From: Candidatus Bathyarchaeota archaeon
GTDB lineage: Archaea > Thermoproteota > Bathyarchaeia > Bathyarchaeales > Bathycorpusculaceae
DNA: 64,000 nt
Direction: 5' to 3'
NCBI GenBank assembly: GCA_963828195.1
Contig: CAWHDT010000004.1
Location: 49,512 to 113,511, forward strand
Shown here: in pieces, positions 39,188-48,938 of the stretch
Layout: the number at the start of each line of letters is the position of its first letter
How positions within the stretch are numbered: position 1 is the first letter of the stretch
Made by a program: the position numbers and the translations under genes
Notes under the pieces: model-generated
Seen by the model: the letters and a program-made list of their open reading frames with translations, nothing else
Databases searched by the model: none
Told to the model about the DNA's origin: nothing

Positions 39188-40564
39188 ATGGCAGTTAAGG
39201 TCGCTTTGGTTTACCCATACTTTCACCCTGCAAATGACAACTCCATTTTCCGTTTCCCACCTCTGGGACTAGGCTACGTCGCCGCCGCCCTGAAAAAACG
39301 TGGCTTTGAGGTTGAGTTGGTTGACTGCACTTTTCTCACGTTAAGCGAAGCGGTTGAGCGGGTAAAATGGGCTAAAGCACAAATTACCGGGTTTTACTCA
39401 ATGTTCTCAATGAAAAAAACCACTCTTGAGCTTGCAACTGCAATCAAAAACGCCTGCTTGGGCGATTGCGGTTTGCTCGTGGTTGGTGGGCCTTTGCCTT
39501 CTTGGAATCCTAAAAGCTTTCTTGACATCTTCGATGTGGTTGCTGTAGGCGAAGGTGAGGAAACGATTGTGGAACTCGCCAAATGCGTTGCGAACGGGTC
39601 CGGGCTCTTAGGTGTGAGAGGTCTCGTGTTTAAGGATGGAAACCGCGTTGTGCATACTGGCCCAAGAGACTTTGTTGAGGATTTGGATGGGCTAGCTTTT
39701 CCTACACGTGAATTGTTTGATAATGAAGCGTACAAACGGTACTATCTTGACCGATTCGGATATTCTACTTCCTCCATGATAACATCCAGGGGATGCCCGT
39801 TTTCATGCGATTTTTGCAGCCGACCAATTTTCGGCACAAACATCAGAACCCGCTCGGCACAAAACATTGTTGATGAGGTGCAGGAGATTACGGATTTGGG
39901 TTATGAGAGGGTTTGGTTTGCTGATGACTGCTTCACGTTGAACCGCAAGCATCTGCTTGATGTGTGCAGCGAAATGGTCCGCCGCAAAGTTGACGTTGGC
40001 TGGGAGTGCTTGTCGCGTGTGGATACAATGGACGCTGAAGTAGCAAGGGGGATGAAGCGAGCTGGTTGCCTAAGGGTTTTCTTCGGTATTGAATCAGGTA
40101 ATGATTCAGTTTTAGGGTTGATGAACAAGCACATTAACACTTCACAAGCCAAAAACGCGGTTTATACAGCTAAGAAAGAGGGGCTCGAGGTGGGGGCTTT
40201 CTTTATTGTCGGCTACCCAGGCGAAAACAACAAGACGGTGCTGGATACGGTGCGTTTTGCGTCAGGTTTGCCGCTTGATTACCTGTCGTTCACTTTGCCA
40301 TACCCCATTCCTGGGACGCCACTGTACGAGCGGGTTAAAGATAACGGCGTTTCAATAGACGACTGGGAAGAACCCAAAAACTACCATTTGATTAGGCATA
40401 AACTGCTTTATGCTTCAGGCTTCAGCGAGGCAAAATTGAAATTCGCCATCGGGAAAGGCCAAGCGCAGTTTTACGGCAGAAAACATCTTGGGAAAGTCGG
40501 TTACAGCGTCTTAGGGAAGCCGTTTGAACGTTTAACGGACATCACGTTTGGAATTATGCGTTGA
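39188..40564 (+). CDS. B12-binding radical SAM protein
   Basis: PPLGLGY, VGGP, GEGE, TSRGCPFSCDFC, GIESG. Confidence 0.92.
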   Translation: MAVKVALVYPYFHPANDNSIFRFPPLGLGYVAAALKKRGFEVELVDCTFLTLSEAVERVKWAKAQITGFYSMFSMKKTTLELATAIKNACLGDCGLLVVGGPLPSWNPKSFLDIFDVVAVGEGEETIVELAKCVANGSGLLGVRGLVFKDGNRVVHTGPRDFVEDLDGLAFPTRELFDNEAYKRYYLDRFGYSTSSMITSRGCPFSCDFCSRPIFGTNIRTRSAQNIVDEVQEITDLGYERVWFADDCFTLNRKHLLDVCSEMVRRKVDVGWECLSRVDTMDAEVARGMKRAGCLRVFFGIESGNDSVLGLMNKHINTSQAKNAVYTAKKEGLEVGAFFIVGYPGENNKTVLDTVRFASGLPLDYLSFTLPYPIPGTPLYERVKDNGVSIDDWEEPKNYHLIRHKLLYASGFSEAKLKFAIGKGQAQFYGRKHLGKVGYSVLGKPFERLTDITFGIMR

Positions 40565-40599
40565 ACCCTGAGAGTGTAAATTCTTAAAAATTACGTATC

Positions 40600-41169
40600 T
40601 TGATAGGCAGGCATTTAATCTCAAACCTACAAGAGAATATCGAAAGCCAGTTGCAAAAACTAATCGTTATCCCCGCCGCCATAAGCTCAATGCGAATCGC
40701 AGTTTTACCGCTCTTCCTTTACCTCTACAGCACGGGAAACATTGCTGCATGCTTAATTCTGCTTGCTTTTTCAGCTGCAACAGATTTTTTTGACGGCTAC
40801 TTAGCAAGAAGATTAAACGCAGCATCGCAGTTCGGCGCCTACTACGATGCCACAACAGACTTTATTTTGGTATTAGGAATATACACAATCTTTTTTGCAA
40901 GAGGGTACTTCCCAATTTGGTTATTGCTTCTCATAGCCGCCTCATTTATTGTGTTCCTTTCAACGAGCCGCTCTGCAAAAAAAATGTATGACCCAGTTGG
41001 AAAATACATCGGAAGCGCCCTCTACATAGGCATAGTTTTAACGTTGATTTTTCCGACCCAAGCAGTTTTTACCTTTGTGGAATTTGCCTTCCTTGGGTTT
41101 TTTTTAGTTTCACTTGGAAGCCGCATAGTATATTTTGGCAGAAAACGCCGTCAGTTAGCCCTAAACTAA
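40600..41169 (+). CDS. CDP-alcohol phosphatidyltransferase
   Basis: DFFDGYLARRLNAASQFGAYYDATTD signature. Confidence 0.88.
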   Translation: MIGRHLISNLQENIESQLQKLIVIPAAISSMRIAVLPLFLYLYSTGNIAACLILLAFSAATDFFDGYLARRLNAASQFGAYYDATTDFILVLGIYTIFFARGYFPIWLLLLIAASFIVFLSTSRSAKKMYDPVGKYIGSALYIGIVLTLIFPTQAVFTFVEFAFLGFFLVSLGSRIVYFGRKRRQLALN

Positions 41170-41205
41170 TATACTGTTTTCCCAATAATGTTACCGTAAA
41201 TTTCG

Positions 41206-42237
41206 GTGCAGCCTTTGTCAGAAAAAATATGCCCAAACCCAAGGGGGTTACCTGAGCAAATTCGTGTTTCAACGGGCACCGCTATAGTTCTTGGGCTGTT
41301 AAAAGGCAAGTTAGATGCTGAACCTACAACTGCGTATCTTATGACGTACAAAGAGGGCAAGTGTACGGCTAACTGCGGTTTCTGCCCCCAAGCAAGAGCA
41401 AGCAAAAGCAACACCGACTTGCTGTCAAGGATTTCATGGCCAACTTTTCCAACCGCTGATGCCCTGACAGCAGTCGCCAAAGCGGTTAAAGAGGAAAAAA
41501 TCCGGCGGGTCTGCATCCAAGCCCTGAACTACCCAGAGGTTTTTTTGCATCTTGAATCGCTGGTTAAGGAGATAAAAAAGCAAGCGGCGGTTCCTATTTC
41601 AGTTTCTTGCCAACCGCTAAAAACCGGAAACATTGAGCTTTTGGCAAAGGCAGGCGCGGACAGGTTAGGCATAGCATTGGATGCAGCAACCGAAGCCTTG
41701 TTCAACCAGGTGAAAGGCAAAGCTGCAGGCGGGTTTTACGATTGGGAAAGCCAGTTTCTGTTGCTAAGTCAAGCCATCGCCGTTTTGGGTAAGGGAAATG
41801 TCAGCACTCACGTGATTGTAGGGTTAGGCGAGACGGAGAAAGAGGCAACACAAATAATTCAAAGATGCGTTGACATGAGCGTTCTGCCAGCTCTTTTTGC
41901 TTTCACGCCTATACGAGGAACCAAGTTGGAGAAAAATTCGCCGCCCGCACTTGAGTCTTATAGGCGCGTGCAGCTTGCCAGGTACTTAATCGCTATGGGA
42001 TTAGCTCAAGCAGACGGGATGCGTTTTAATGTTGCAGGCGAAATTACATGTTTTGGCGTGGCAAAAGAAACTTTGGAAGAAGCAGTTAAGTCTGGTGAAC
42101 CCTTTCGTACTTCAGGCTGCGGTGGCTGTAACCGCCCTTTTTACAATGAAAAACCAAGCGGACCCATCTACAATTACCCGCGACAAACAAGCCGGGAAGA
42201 GATAGAAGAAATAAGAAAGCAGCTGAAGCTCAGCTAA
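41206..42237 (+). CDS. Radical SAM protein, biotin synthase-like (LipS2-type candidate)
   Basis: CTANCGFC and C-terminal TSGCGGCNRP. Confidence 0.8.
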   Translation: MQPLSEKICPNPRGLPEQIRVSTGTAIVLGLLKGKLDAEPTTAYLMTYKEGKCTANCGFCPQARASKSNTDLLSRISWPTFPTADALTAVAKAVKEEKIRRVCIQALNYPEVFLHLESLVKEIKKQAAVPISVSCQPLKTGNIELLAKAGADRLGIALDAATEALFNQVKGKAAGGFYDWESQFLLLSQAIAVLGKGNVSTHVIVGLGETEKEATQIIQRCVDMSVLPALFAFTPIRGTKLEKNSPPALESYRRVQLARYLIAMGLAQADGMRFNVAGEITCFGVAKETLEEAVKSGEPFRTSGCGGCNRPFYNEKPSGPIYNYPRQTSREEIEEIRKQLKLS

Positions 42238-43580
42238 GAAAGCAACTGATCGGCTGTTTGCTGGGATTGAACTTTATCTTTGGGCAACTTGGGCTTCTGC
42301 CTTGTCACCTGCTCAACAAGCCGCCAGAACTCCTCCATAGTGTAACCCTTCAGAAGCTCCTTCATGAGTTTTTTCACTTGGTAATAAATCATTTGGGCTT
42401 CACCCTTATCCAAGCTTTCCTGAGGACCCTTAATACGCCTGAAAAGCTCATCCATCTGCCGCGGGGAAGCTCGGATTCCGGCTTTCTCCAAAAGCTTCTG
42501 TATAAGCGTTTGTTCCGTGTTTCTGCCGACGAAAATTGTTGTTTCTCTGCCCACAATTTCAGGGGGGAAAGGCTCAAAAACCAGTGGGCAAGCCATCATT
42601 TCCTCTACATCTTCCTCTACTTCATGGGTGAAAATGTTTTCGCCGATTATGGGCTTATGGAATTGGATCGGTAGGGCAAAAGCTTTTTCAGCCGATTGAG
42701 CGATCCGATAGATTTTTCCTAAATCGACGCCTGTATCGATGTTGTAGAGAAGCTCCAGCGCCGTTACAACTTCTTCAAAAGGAGCTATGCCGGCGCGTTC
42801 CCCAAAGCCAGCGATGCAGGTGTGTATGTATGAGACTCCTTCTTCTACAGCAGCCAAAGTGTTTGCCGTCGCCATCCCGAAATCATTGTGGCAGTGAATA
42901 GAAAGCGTTACCTTCTTTTTCACAGAATCAGGTAACCCATCGCGAACATGAGACATTAAATAACGCATAGAAAGGGGCCTTATGAATCCAACGCTGTCAG
43001 CTATCGCTAACCTTCTTGCTCCCGCATCAGCCGCCGCCACAAAAACCTGCAAAATATCTTCCAGCGGGGTTCTGGTGCCATCCATAAGAACAAAGCTCAC
43101 CGTTGCCCCATGCTTTTTAGCGTAATCGATGCTTTCAACCAATTTTTGCAGAGCTTGCTCTTTGCTTAATTTTAACTTGCACTGCAAGTTTAAACCGTTA
43201 AAAGGGGTCTCAATGGTTACATCTTTTATACCGCACTCCAGACAGGCTGCAACGCTGTTCGTAGTTGCCTCAGCCGAAGCCGTCAGCTTCACGTTTGAAA
43301 AACTTTCATTTACGATGCGCTTAACATTGCGTTTTTCATCTTCAGACAAAGCCGGGAAACCCACGTTAATCTCAGAGACCCCCGCTTCATCCATTAGCTT
43401 CGCCAGCCTAACCTGCTCCACATAAGTCAGATAAACAGTGGGCGCTTTGATGCCTTCTCTGAAGGTTTCGTCTGAAACAAACACGCGGTCGGGAAGTTTA
43501 GGCGGCAAATTCTTTCTTAAACGATTGTAATTCGCAATTAACCCTTGCGCTTCAAGCTTCTTAAATATCGTCTTTCTCAT
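42234..43580 (-). CDS. DRE-TIM metallolyase (homocitrate/isopropylmalate synthase family), divergent active site
   Basis: DETFREG, IHCHNDFGMATAN, GFGERAG, HKPIIGENIFTHE. Confidence 0.8.
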   Translation of the reverse strand: MRKTIFKKLEAQGLIANYNRLRKNLPPKLPDRVFVSDETFREGIKAPTVYLTYVEQVRLAKLMDEAGVSEINVGFPALSEDEKRNVKRIVNESFSNVKLTASAEATTNSVAACLECGIKDVTIETPFNGLNLQCKLKLSKEQALQKLVESIDYAKKHGATVSFVLMDGTRTPLEDILQVFVAAADAGARRLAIADSVGFIRPLSMRYLMSHVRDGLPDSVKKKVTLSIHCHNDFGMATANTLAAVEEGVSYIHTCIAGFGERAGIAPFEEVVTALELLYNIDTGVDLGKIYRIAQSAEKAFALPIQFHKPIIGENIFTHEVEEDVEEMMACPLVFEPFPPEIVGRETTIFVGRNTEQTLIQKLLEKAGIRASPRQMDELFRRIKGPQESLDKGEAQMIYYQVKKLMKELLKGYTMEEFWRLVEQVTRQKPKLPKDKVQSQQTADQLLS

Positions 43581-43810
43581 TGAGACTCAATCCAACAATA
43601 TGAAACCTAAACGATAATGTTAATTTGCTAATTCAAATATAAAAACTAAATCACCACAGCATAAAGTCGCGTTTCAAAATATTTAAAAAAAGGTTTTTTA
43701 GCCTTTCCACAGCCTTTTTAAAGGGCAGGGTTTGCTTTGTTGAAGTAGGTTTATTGGCAAAAGTTTTAAGTGTTGACAGAAAATGTATTAGCCGCCGAAG
43801 GCAACAGAAA

Positions 43811-43999
43811 ATGAGCAGCTTAAAGGATACTGTTGAAAAAATAAAAAATTTAGAAAACGAGAAAAAAAATCTTTTACTTGAAATTGAAGCGCTCAAGAAA
43901 AGGGCTGATGCTAAAGCTACTGAGTTAGAAAGCGAGGTTGCCACGCTGCGTGAAGAAGCTAAATCTTTGAAAAATTTGATGGGTCAATGGCAGCTATGA
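43811..43999 (+). CDS. Small coiled-coil protein
   Basis: MSSLKDTVEKIKNLENEK heptad pattern. Confidence 0.6.
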   Translation: MSSLKDTVEKIKNLENEKKNLLLEIEALKKRADAKATELESEVATLREEAKSLKNLMGQWQL

Positions 44000-44051
44000 G
44001 TAGACCAGCTTTAAGTGGGTTAATGCCGGGCAGCTTTTTCTTTTCTTTTGG

Positions 44052-44909
44052 CTACTGGGTCTCTGCAGGTAGGGGCATTCTTTGAAGAAGAGCATTTACT
44101 GAATTCGCCAACGCGCTGCACGCTGCCTGCCGCGCCTCTGTGGACGTGTCAGTTTCAAGTCTTTCAAGTTCTTTATGCAAAGCATCGACTCTATCCGTAA
44201 TTTCTTGCTTCTTCTTCTCGTAATAATCATGCATTTTCTCTTGGTCAGCCGTGAAGGTTTGCAATGCAACTTCCAACTCGTTTTTTGCCGACTTCAATTC
44301 CTTTCTGGTTTGGGCAAGCGTTTCTGCAGCTTTCTTTTTAGCTCTCATCTTGTAAAAGCGGATTTTGATTTCTTCTTGACTTGCCACATCATCCTCTAAC
44401 TCGCGGATTTTTGTGCTTAAACTCTGAACCTCCGCGTTCCGCTTGAAGCTTAGCTCTCTTGTTTTCTCAGAATATTCCTTATCGGTTTCCACCAAAAGAT
44501 GATTATTGTCAAAAAGCTCCTTTGCCTCGCCAGTCAGGTTTGTTTCCTGAAGCCTTTTTTCGGCAAGCGCTCCTTCAACATCTAGAAAAATCTGGGTGCG
44601 CTCCTTAACAAATTGTTCATCCACCTTAATCATCGGGGTTGACTCGAATTCCGAAATCATTTGGCGCAGATTCGTAAGCCAATCATCGAAATACTGGCTG
44701 AAAGGGGAAAGCGCAAAAATTTGATTCCCGAACCTGCTTAAACCGATGAGAGTTTTTTCAACAACCTCCTTAGCAGAAACCTCAGTTGCCTCTTCCAGAT
44801 ACTTGCCGCCGGAGCGCTGCTTTTTCTCTTTTGTCTTCTTTTCATGCGCGGACTTTGAGAGTTGCCGACCGGCGTTTCGGCGTGAACCAGTTTGAGACCT
44901 GTTGCTCAT
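44052..44909 (-). CDS. Coiled-coil hypothetical protein
   Basis: Long E/K-rich ORF; FALSPFSQYFDDW segment. Confidence 0.75.
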   Translation of the reverse strand: MSNRSQTGSRRNAGRQLSKSAHEKKTKEKKQRSGGKYLEEATEVSAKEVVEKTLIGLSRFGNQIFALSPFSQYFDDWLTNLRQMISEFESTPMIKVDEQFVKERTQIFLDVEGALAEKRLQETNLTGEAKELFDNNHLLVETDKEYSEKTRELSFKRNAEVQSLSTKIRELEDDVASQEEIKIRFYKMRAKKKAAETLAQTRKELKSAKNELEVALQTFTADQEKMHDYYEKKKQEITDRVDALHKELERLETDTSTEARQAACSALANSVNALLQRMPLPAETQ

Positions 44910-45001
44910 AGACAAACCAGTGTGCACAAGAAATATTTAAACAATGACATATGCGCCAAGATAATTGTGATTTGTTTGTTAAAAAAACAATTGGCGAAAT
45001 T

Positions 45002-46048
45002 TCAGTCCGTGCGCTTATTTCTTGCTTTTCTTGCTTGTTTTACCGTTTCAGGGGGCTTTCGCGACTTCATGACAAGTATGGTTCCGACGACTACAATGAG
45101 AACCACCACAATGGCTACTGCGTAAATTGCCGTTAGGTTCGATGAGTTATTTGAGTTTGAGTTAGCTGAAGTTGCTGGGGTAGATGACGGTGAGCTAGAT
45201 GAACCTTGAGTGGGAGAAGTTGTAGAAGCGGGAGAGCTTGAAGAGCCAGGAGACGGAGTGTTGGAAGAACCGGGGGATGGAGTAATTAAAGGTCCAGTTC
45301 CTTGGAGAATTGGTCCATCTGCTTGGATTAGAAGCGAGTATTTTGTGATTTTTTCGCTGGTGATTATTCCTGTCTGGTTTATGTCAAAAGCTCCGAGCTG
45401 AAAGGACTCTGATGCGGAAGATGATAGGCTTGCATCGGTGTTTGAATAGCCTACTGCGACAACGCTGCCTGTGGAGTTGTAGAAGGTTCCAAATACCGTG
45501 ACGTTCTCGGCGGTTTGGCTGCCCGTGTTTTGGACGTTGCCTGTGACCCAATAAACGCCCGTGTCATTTACTGTGTTGCCGATGTATGATTTGCTGCTTG
45601 AAACAGTTAAACCTGGATATTGGTAGCTTGTAGTTGCGTTTGCTTCAGCGACGGCTAACTCGATGCTTGCAATAGTTACTGTTGCCCATGTTCCGTCTGG
45701 AGAATTGTTCGGTGCCCAAAATTCCAAGTAAAAGGGTGCTATTTGATTTGGGCTTAGATAAAGGATCGACATGGGATCTATACCGATGGTTGCATACGTA
45801 TCTCCCTGATCTGTCCCTGTATTGTCAATTACTGAACCCGTCACTAGCACACCAAATACGGTGTTTGGGCCTTGATTTTGCACTTCGCCGACAACGTCAA
45901 GAATACCTTGGTTGTCAACGTAGTAGCTGTAGCTTAAAATCTTCATATCTTGCGCTTGATTAATTTGGCAGAAGACATCTGGAACTAAAGCTAACCCCAA
46001 AGACATCAGGGTCAACGCAACAAACAAATAAACAGAGCTTTTTCTCAT
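45002..46048 (-). CDS. Exported FxLYD-like domain protein with S/T/P linker and TM anchor
   Basis: Two VVGEVQN/VTGNVQN...GTFYN modules, signal peptide, C-terminal TM. Confidence 0.75.
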   Translation of the reverse strand: MRKSSVYLFVALTLMSLGLALVPDVFCQINQAQDMKILSYSYYVDNQGILDVVGEVQNQGPNTVFGVLVTGSVIDNTGTDQGDTYATIGIDPMSILYLSPNQIAPFYLEFWAPNNSPDGTWATVTIASIELAVAEANATTSYQYPGLTVSSSKSYIGNTVNDTGVYWVTGNVQNTGSQTAENVTVFGTFYNSTGSVVAVGYSNTDASLSSSASESFQLGAFDINQTGIITSEKITKYSLLIQADGPILQGTGPLITPSPGSSNTPSPGSSSSPASTTSPTQGSSSSPSSTPATSANSNSNNSSNLTAIYAVAIVVVLIVVVGTILVMKSRKPPETVKQARKARNKRTD

Positions 46049-46224
46049 GGAACTATCCCCTTACCCCAATAAATTCCACTAATACGGGTTTGTACTATAA
46101 AACAGTTTTTCAAAATTACACCTTAAATCCAAAATAGGGTTTTGCCCAAGATTCCGCAGTTAAACTGGCTAAAATTTGTTGGGTCGTGGGGATAACTTGG
46201 GTTTTTGTCGGCTAGATTTTTGAG

Positions 46225-46350
46225 TTGAGACTTTGCCTTGGCGTAAGTTGCGACTTTCCGTCTTGGGTCTTTGTGTTTCGGGTTGCTTTTTTGGTTTGGG
46301 GTCTGGGGCGTTTGTGCGTTGCGACTTTGGCATTGTCGGATTGCGACTTT
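46225..46350 (+). repeat. Four TTG(C/A)GACTTT direct repeats in two pairs
   Basis: Starts at 46225, 46248, 46319, 46341. Confidence 0.7.
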
Positions 46351-46661
46351 GCATGTTGAGTGCATATTGAAGTTATTGTCGGTTATGGGCGGCTGGCTTC
46401 GGCGACGGGTTCGGCTCTGCAGGTTAGGAAAGGGCGTTTTAGCTCAACTGTGGCTTATTTAAAAGCGCCTGGGAAAGTGTTCGGGCTAAATTTTAGGGTG
46501 ACGGAGGAGACGCGCTGCCTTGTCCAAAAATTAAGTGTTAAAGTAAGACAGCGAAGTTGTTTCGTCTTTTCGTAGTATTTTGAGCGGCGCCCCATTTAGA
46601 AACGAGCATAAGCGCTCTTAAATGAACCGATGTTTATAGTAAAGTAGCCGGAGGTTTTGTT

Positions 46662-46985
46662 TTGCCAAAGACCAAAATTGAATTTCTCTATTTTCAAGGT
46701 TGCCCAACCTACAAGAAAACTCTGAAGGATTTACAAGACATAATAAAGCAGAACAAGTTAGACGTAGACTTAGTCAAAATAAAAGTCAAATCAGACACTG
46801 AAGCTCAAAGCTTTAGATTCTTGGGCTCCCCAACAATCAGAATAAACGGAGTGGACATAGAACCCGCAGCAAAAGAATCAAACGATTATAAATTTGCATG
46901 CAGAATCTACAGAACACCCGGAGGCAAATCTCAGGGCTTTCCGCCAAAAGAATTGATAATGAAAAAGCTTAGATTACTAACTTAG
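46662..46985 (+). CDS. Thioredoxin-fold protein
   Basis: LYFQGCP, FLGSPTIRINGVDI, ACRIY; GGAGG SD. Confidence 0.75.
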   Translation: MPKTKIEFLYFQGCPTYKKTLKDLQDIIKQNKLDVDLVKIKVKSDTEAQSFRFLGSPTIRINGVDIEPAAKESNDYKFACRIYRTPGGKSQGFPPKELIMKKLRLLT

Positions 46986-47016
46986 AAAAGTCTTAATCTT
47001 TTCCTCTCAAGCAGTA

Positions 47017-47418
47017 TTAGCGCGCCCACTCATTTTCGCTATTAGCGAAACAATATAAAGCAGAGCGAAAGAACTGCGTGGAATTTTTTTGGTCAATTCT
47101 GAGACCCCAGTCTTTCTCAATGCTTTCAAGCAGCACACCAGCAGCTTCTTCTCCGCGAGCGGGAAAATTGAAAAGATCCACGTACAACCGCACCTTACTC
47201 ACCACGTTAACTCCGCCATCATTGGTCAAGCCATGGGACATTTGGAGCGGAACCAAACGCCATTTCCATAAACCTTCAAGTTTCCCATGCAACCTCACCC
47301 CAACATACTGTTCAATAGTTGCCTTTTCGAGCCCCTTCAACACCTGTTCTTTTCCATTTTTCGGAAGTTTATCAAACTTCATAGTAAAGCTGCGAAGAAA
47401 AATGATCTTGTGAGGCAA
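47017..47418 (-). pseudogene. Truncated RelE/ParE toxin fused to an unrelated fragment
   Basis: RelE-like up to LHGKLEGLWKWR (47257), lacking the YRI segment; then RLYVDLFNFPARGEEAA. Confidence 0.6.
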
Positions 47419-47421
47419 CTA

Positions 47422-47628
47422 TTAGTCCTTCATAAGCGCTTCTCTAATTTTTTCAGGACTTGAAACAACGTATTCTTTCTTCTTGTATTCCTCAAGAGCC
47501 TTCTCAATCCTTTCCAAACCTTCTTTATCAGAGAGTTCTTCAAGAGTCGCCAAGATTTCCTCAATTCGATCAAAATGTTCATAGAGCGCCTTCAGAAGAG
47601 GCAGAGGAATAGATACAGTTTCAGTCAA
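47422..47628 (-). CDS. Putative type II antitoxin
   Basis: Acidic small ORF (EEILATLEELSD...IEKALEEYK) directly upstream of the RelE-like gene. Confidence 0.7.
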   Translation of the reverse strand: MTETVSIPLPLLKALYEHFDRIEEILATLEELSDKEGLERIEKALEEYKKKEYVVSSPEKIREALMKD

Positions 47629-47853
47629 CCAAAGCACTTCTCCAGTATATAACACGTTAAGCTATTGATCTTACTTGCCAGATTAGGTAAAGCGTTAGTT
47701 CCGCAGCAGAATTCGAACGTTCGAACCCTGCAGAACGGATTTCCCGTTTGAGCGATCAGAACAGCGTGTCTATCGTGAGTTCTTAGCCGAACCTAATTTC
47801 CCGTGTTCAAGGATTGGAAAACAACAACCCAGCAGTCAAAAGTTCGAGAAGAG

Positions 47854-47998
47854 TTATTTAATTTTAAGGATTTCCTTTGCTTTCGAAAGCAATTTTTCTG
47901 CTCCGCCGATTGTTTCTAAAGCACCTGTCTCAGAAAACTTAAGACCGTAATCGGCTTCTTGCCTTTTCACTTAGCAGTCTGGCGATTTCAGCGTTTAC
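47854..47998 (-). pseudogene. HEPN gene remnant with internal deletion
   Basis: VNAEIARLLSE joined out of frame to RQEADYGLKFSETGALETIGGAEKLLSKAKEIL*. Confidence 0.6.
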
Positions 47999-48618
47999 TC
48001 TAGTTCCCACAGTACTATGCCTCTCTCAATGTTTTCATACAAGGGTTTGTCTTCACTTTTTAGACGAATGAACTCGTTCATATCAACTACGATAGGCGCT
48101 ATTTTCCTGTCGCTCCCTCTATTAAAGTCACTGAGCAATTTGCTAACGGGTTCTTTCTCCGCCGCAACGATCAGTAAGTCAACATCGCTTTCTTTTGTGT
48201 CTGTACCTTGAGAGCAACTGCCAAAAAGAACAACTCTTCTGGAACAACTTTTTAGGCTATCAACTAGCTTTTTCAGGGCGAAGGTATTGACCGCGATTTT
48301 CAGCTGTTTTACAGTAGGGTCTTTTACGTTAAGTCTGTACATTCGCATTCTGCCCCGCTCTTGCCTGGATAAAAAATCCTCACTTGCCAGCATGACCAGA
48401 ATCTTATGCGCAGATGCTCGGCTTACATTAGTTTTTCTCGCCACTTCCCTCTCGTAATACTCATTCATTGGGTCGAATAAGAAAAACTCCAGCACAGTCA
48501 AAACCTTAGGCGTCAAAAAACGCAGCCCTTTATCTCCATCCCCGTCTTCAATGTCGTCGGCTGCATGAGTCTTCACATCTGTTCCTGTACCGCAAACTTC
48601 GCTCATTTTTTTATACAT
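47995..48618 (-). CDS. HTH-fused minimal nucleotidyltransferase (MNT); start uncertain
   Basis: REVARKTNVSRAS HTH; LFGSCSQG..TKESDVDLLIV. Confidence 0.85.
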   Translation of the reverse strand: MYKKMSEVCGTGTDVKTHAADDIEDGDGDKGLRFLTPKVLTVLEFFLFDPMNEYYEREVARKTNVSRASAHKILVMLASEDFLSRQERGRMRMYRLNVKDPTVKQLKIAVNTFALKKLVDSLKSCSRRVVLFGSCSQGTDTKESDVDLLIVAAEKEPVSKLLSDFNRGSDRKIAPIVVDMNEFIRLKSEDKPLYENIERGIVLWELE

Positions 48619-48938
48619 TCAGCTCATTATTTTATACCTTAAGCTACTTAAAATTTGCGGCAAACTCGAAAACTTGCCATGCGAGACGCCTTAGCGCTGC
48701 GGATGAGAATGAACCTGCGAGCTCCTAAGGGAAAGGATTTTCCGTCCAGAATGGCAAAGCTGAAAACGTCAATCTTGGTTGAAAGAGAATTAACTCAAAA
48801 GTCAATGGTGGGTTTTATTGGGTTGTGGGGTTTGGAGATAGTTTGAGGGGGAGAAGGGGAGAGCGAGCAAAAATATAATGTCTCCAAACCTTTCCACCCA
48901 ACCCATTGTTTTGGTTTTTGTTTTTTCCCTCTCTCCTG

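Noticed and set aside
46123-46575. Cluster of short ORFs
   Set aside because: Low-complexity noncoding tract with no recognisable motifs
47700-47750. TTCGAACGTTCGAA palindrome near CTGCAG as tRNA relic or operator
   Set aside because: No cloverleaf and single occurrence
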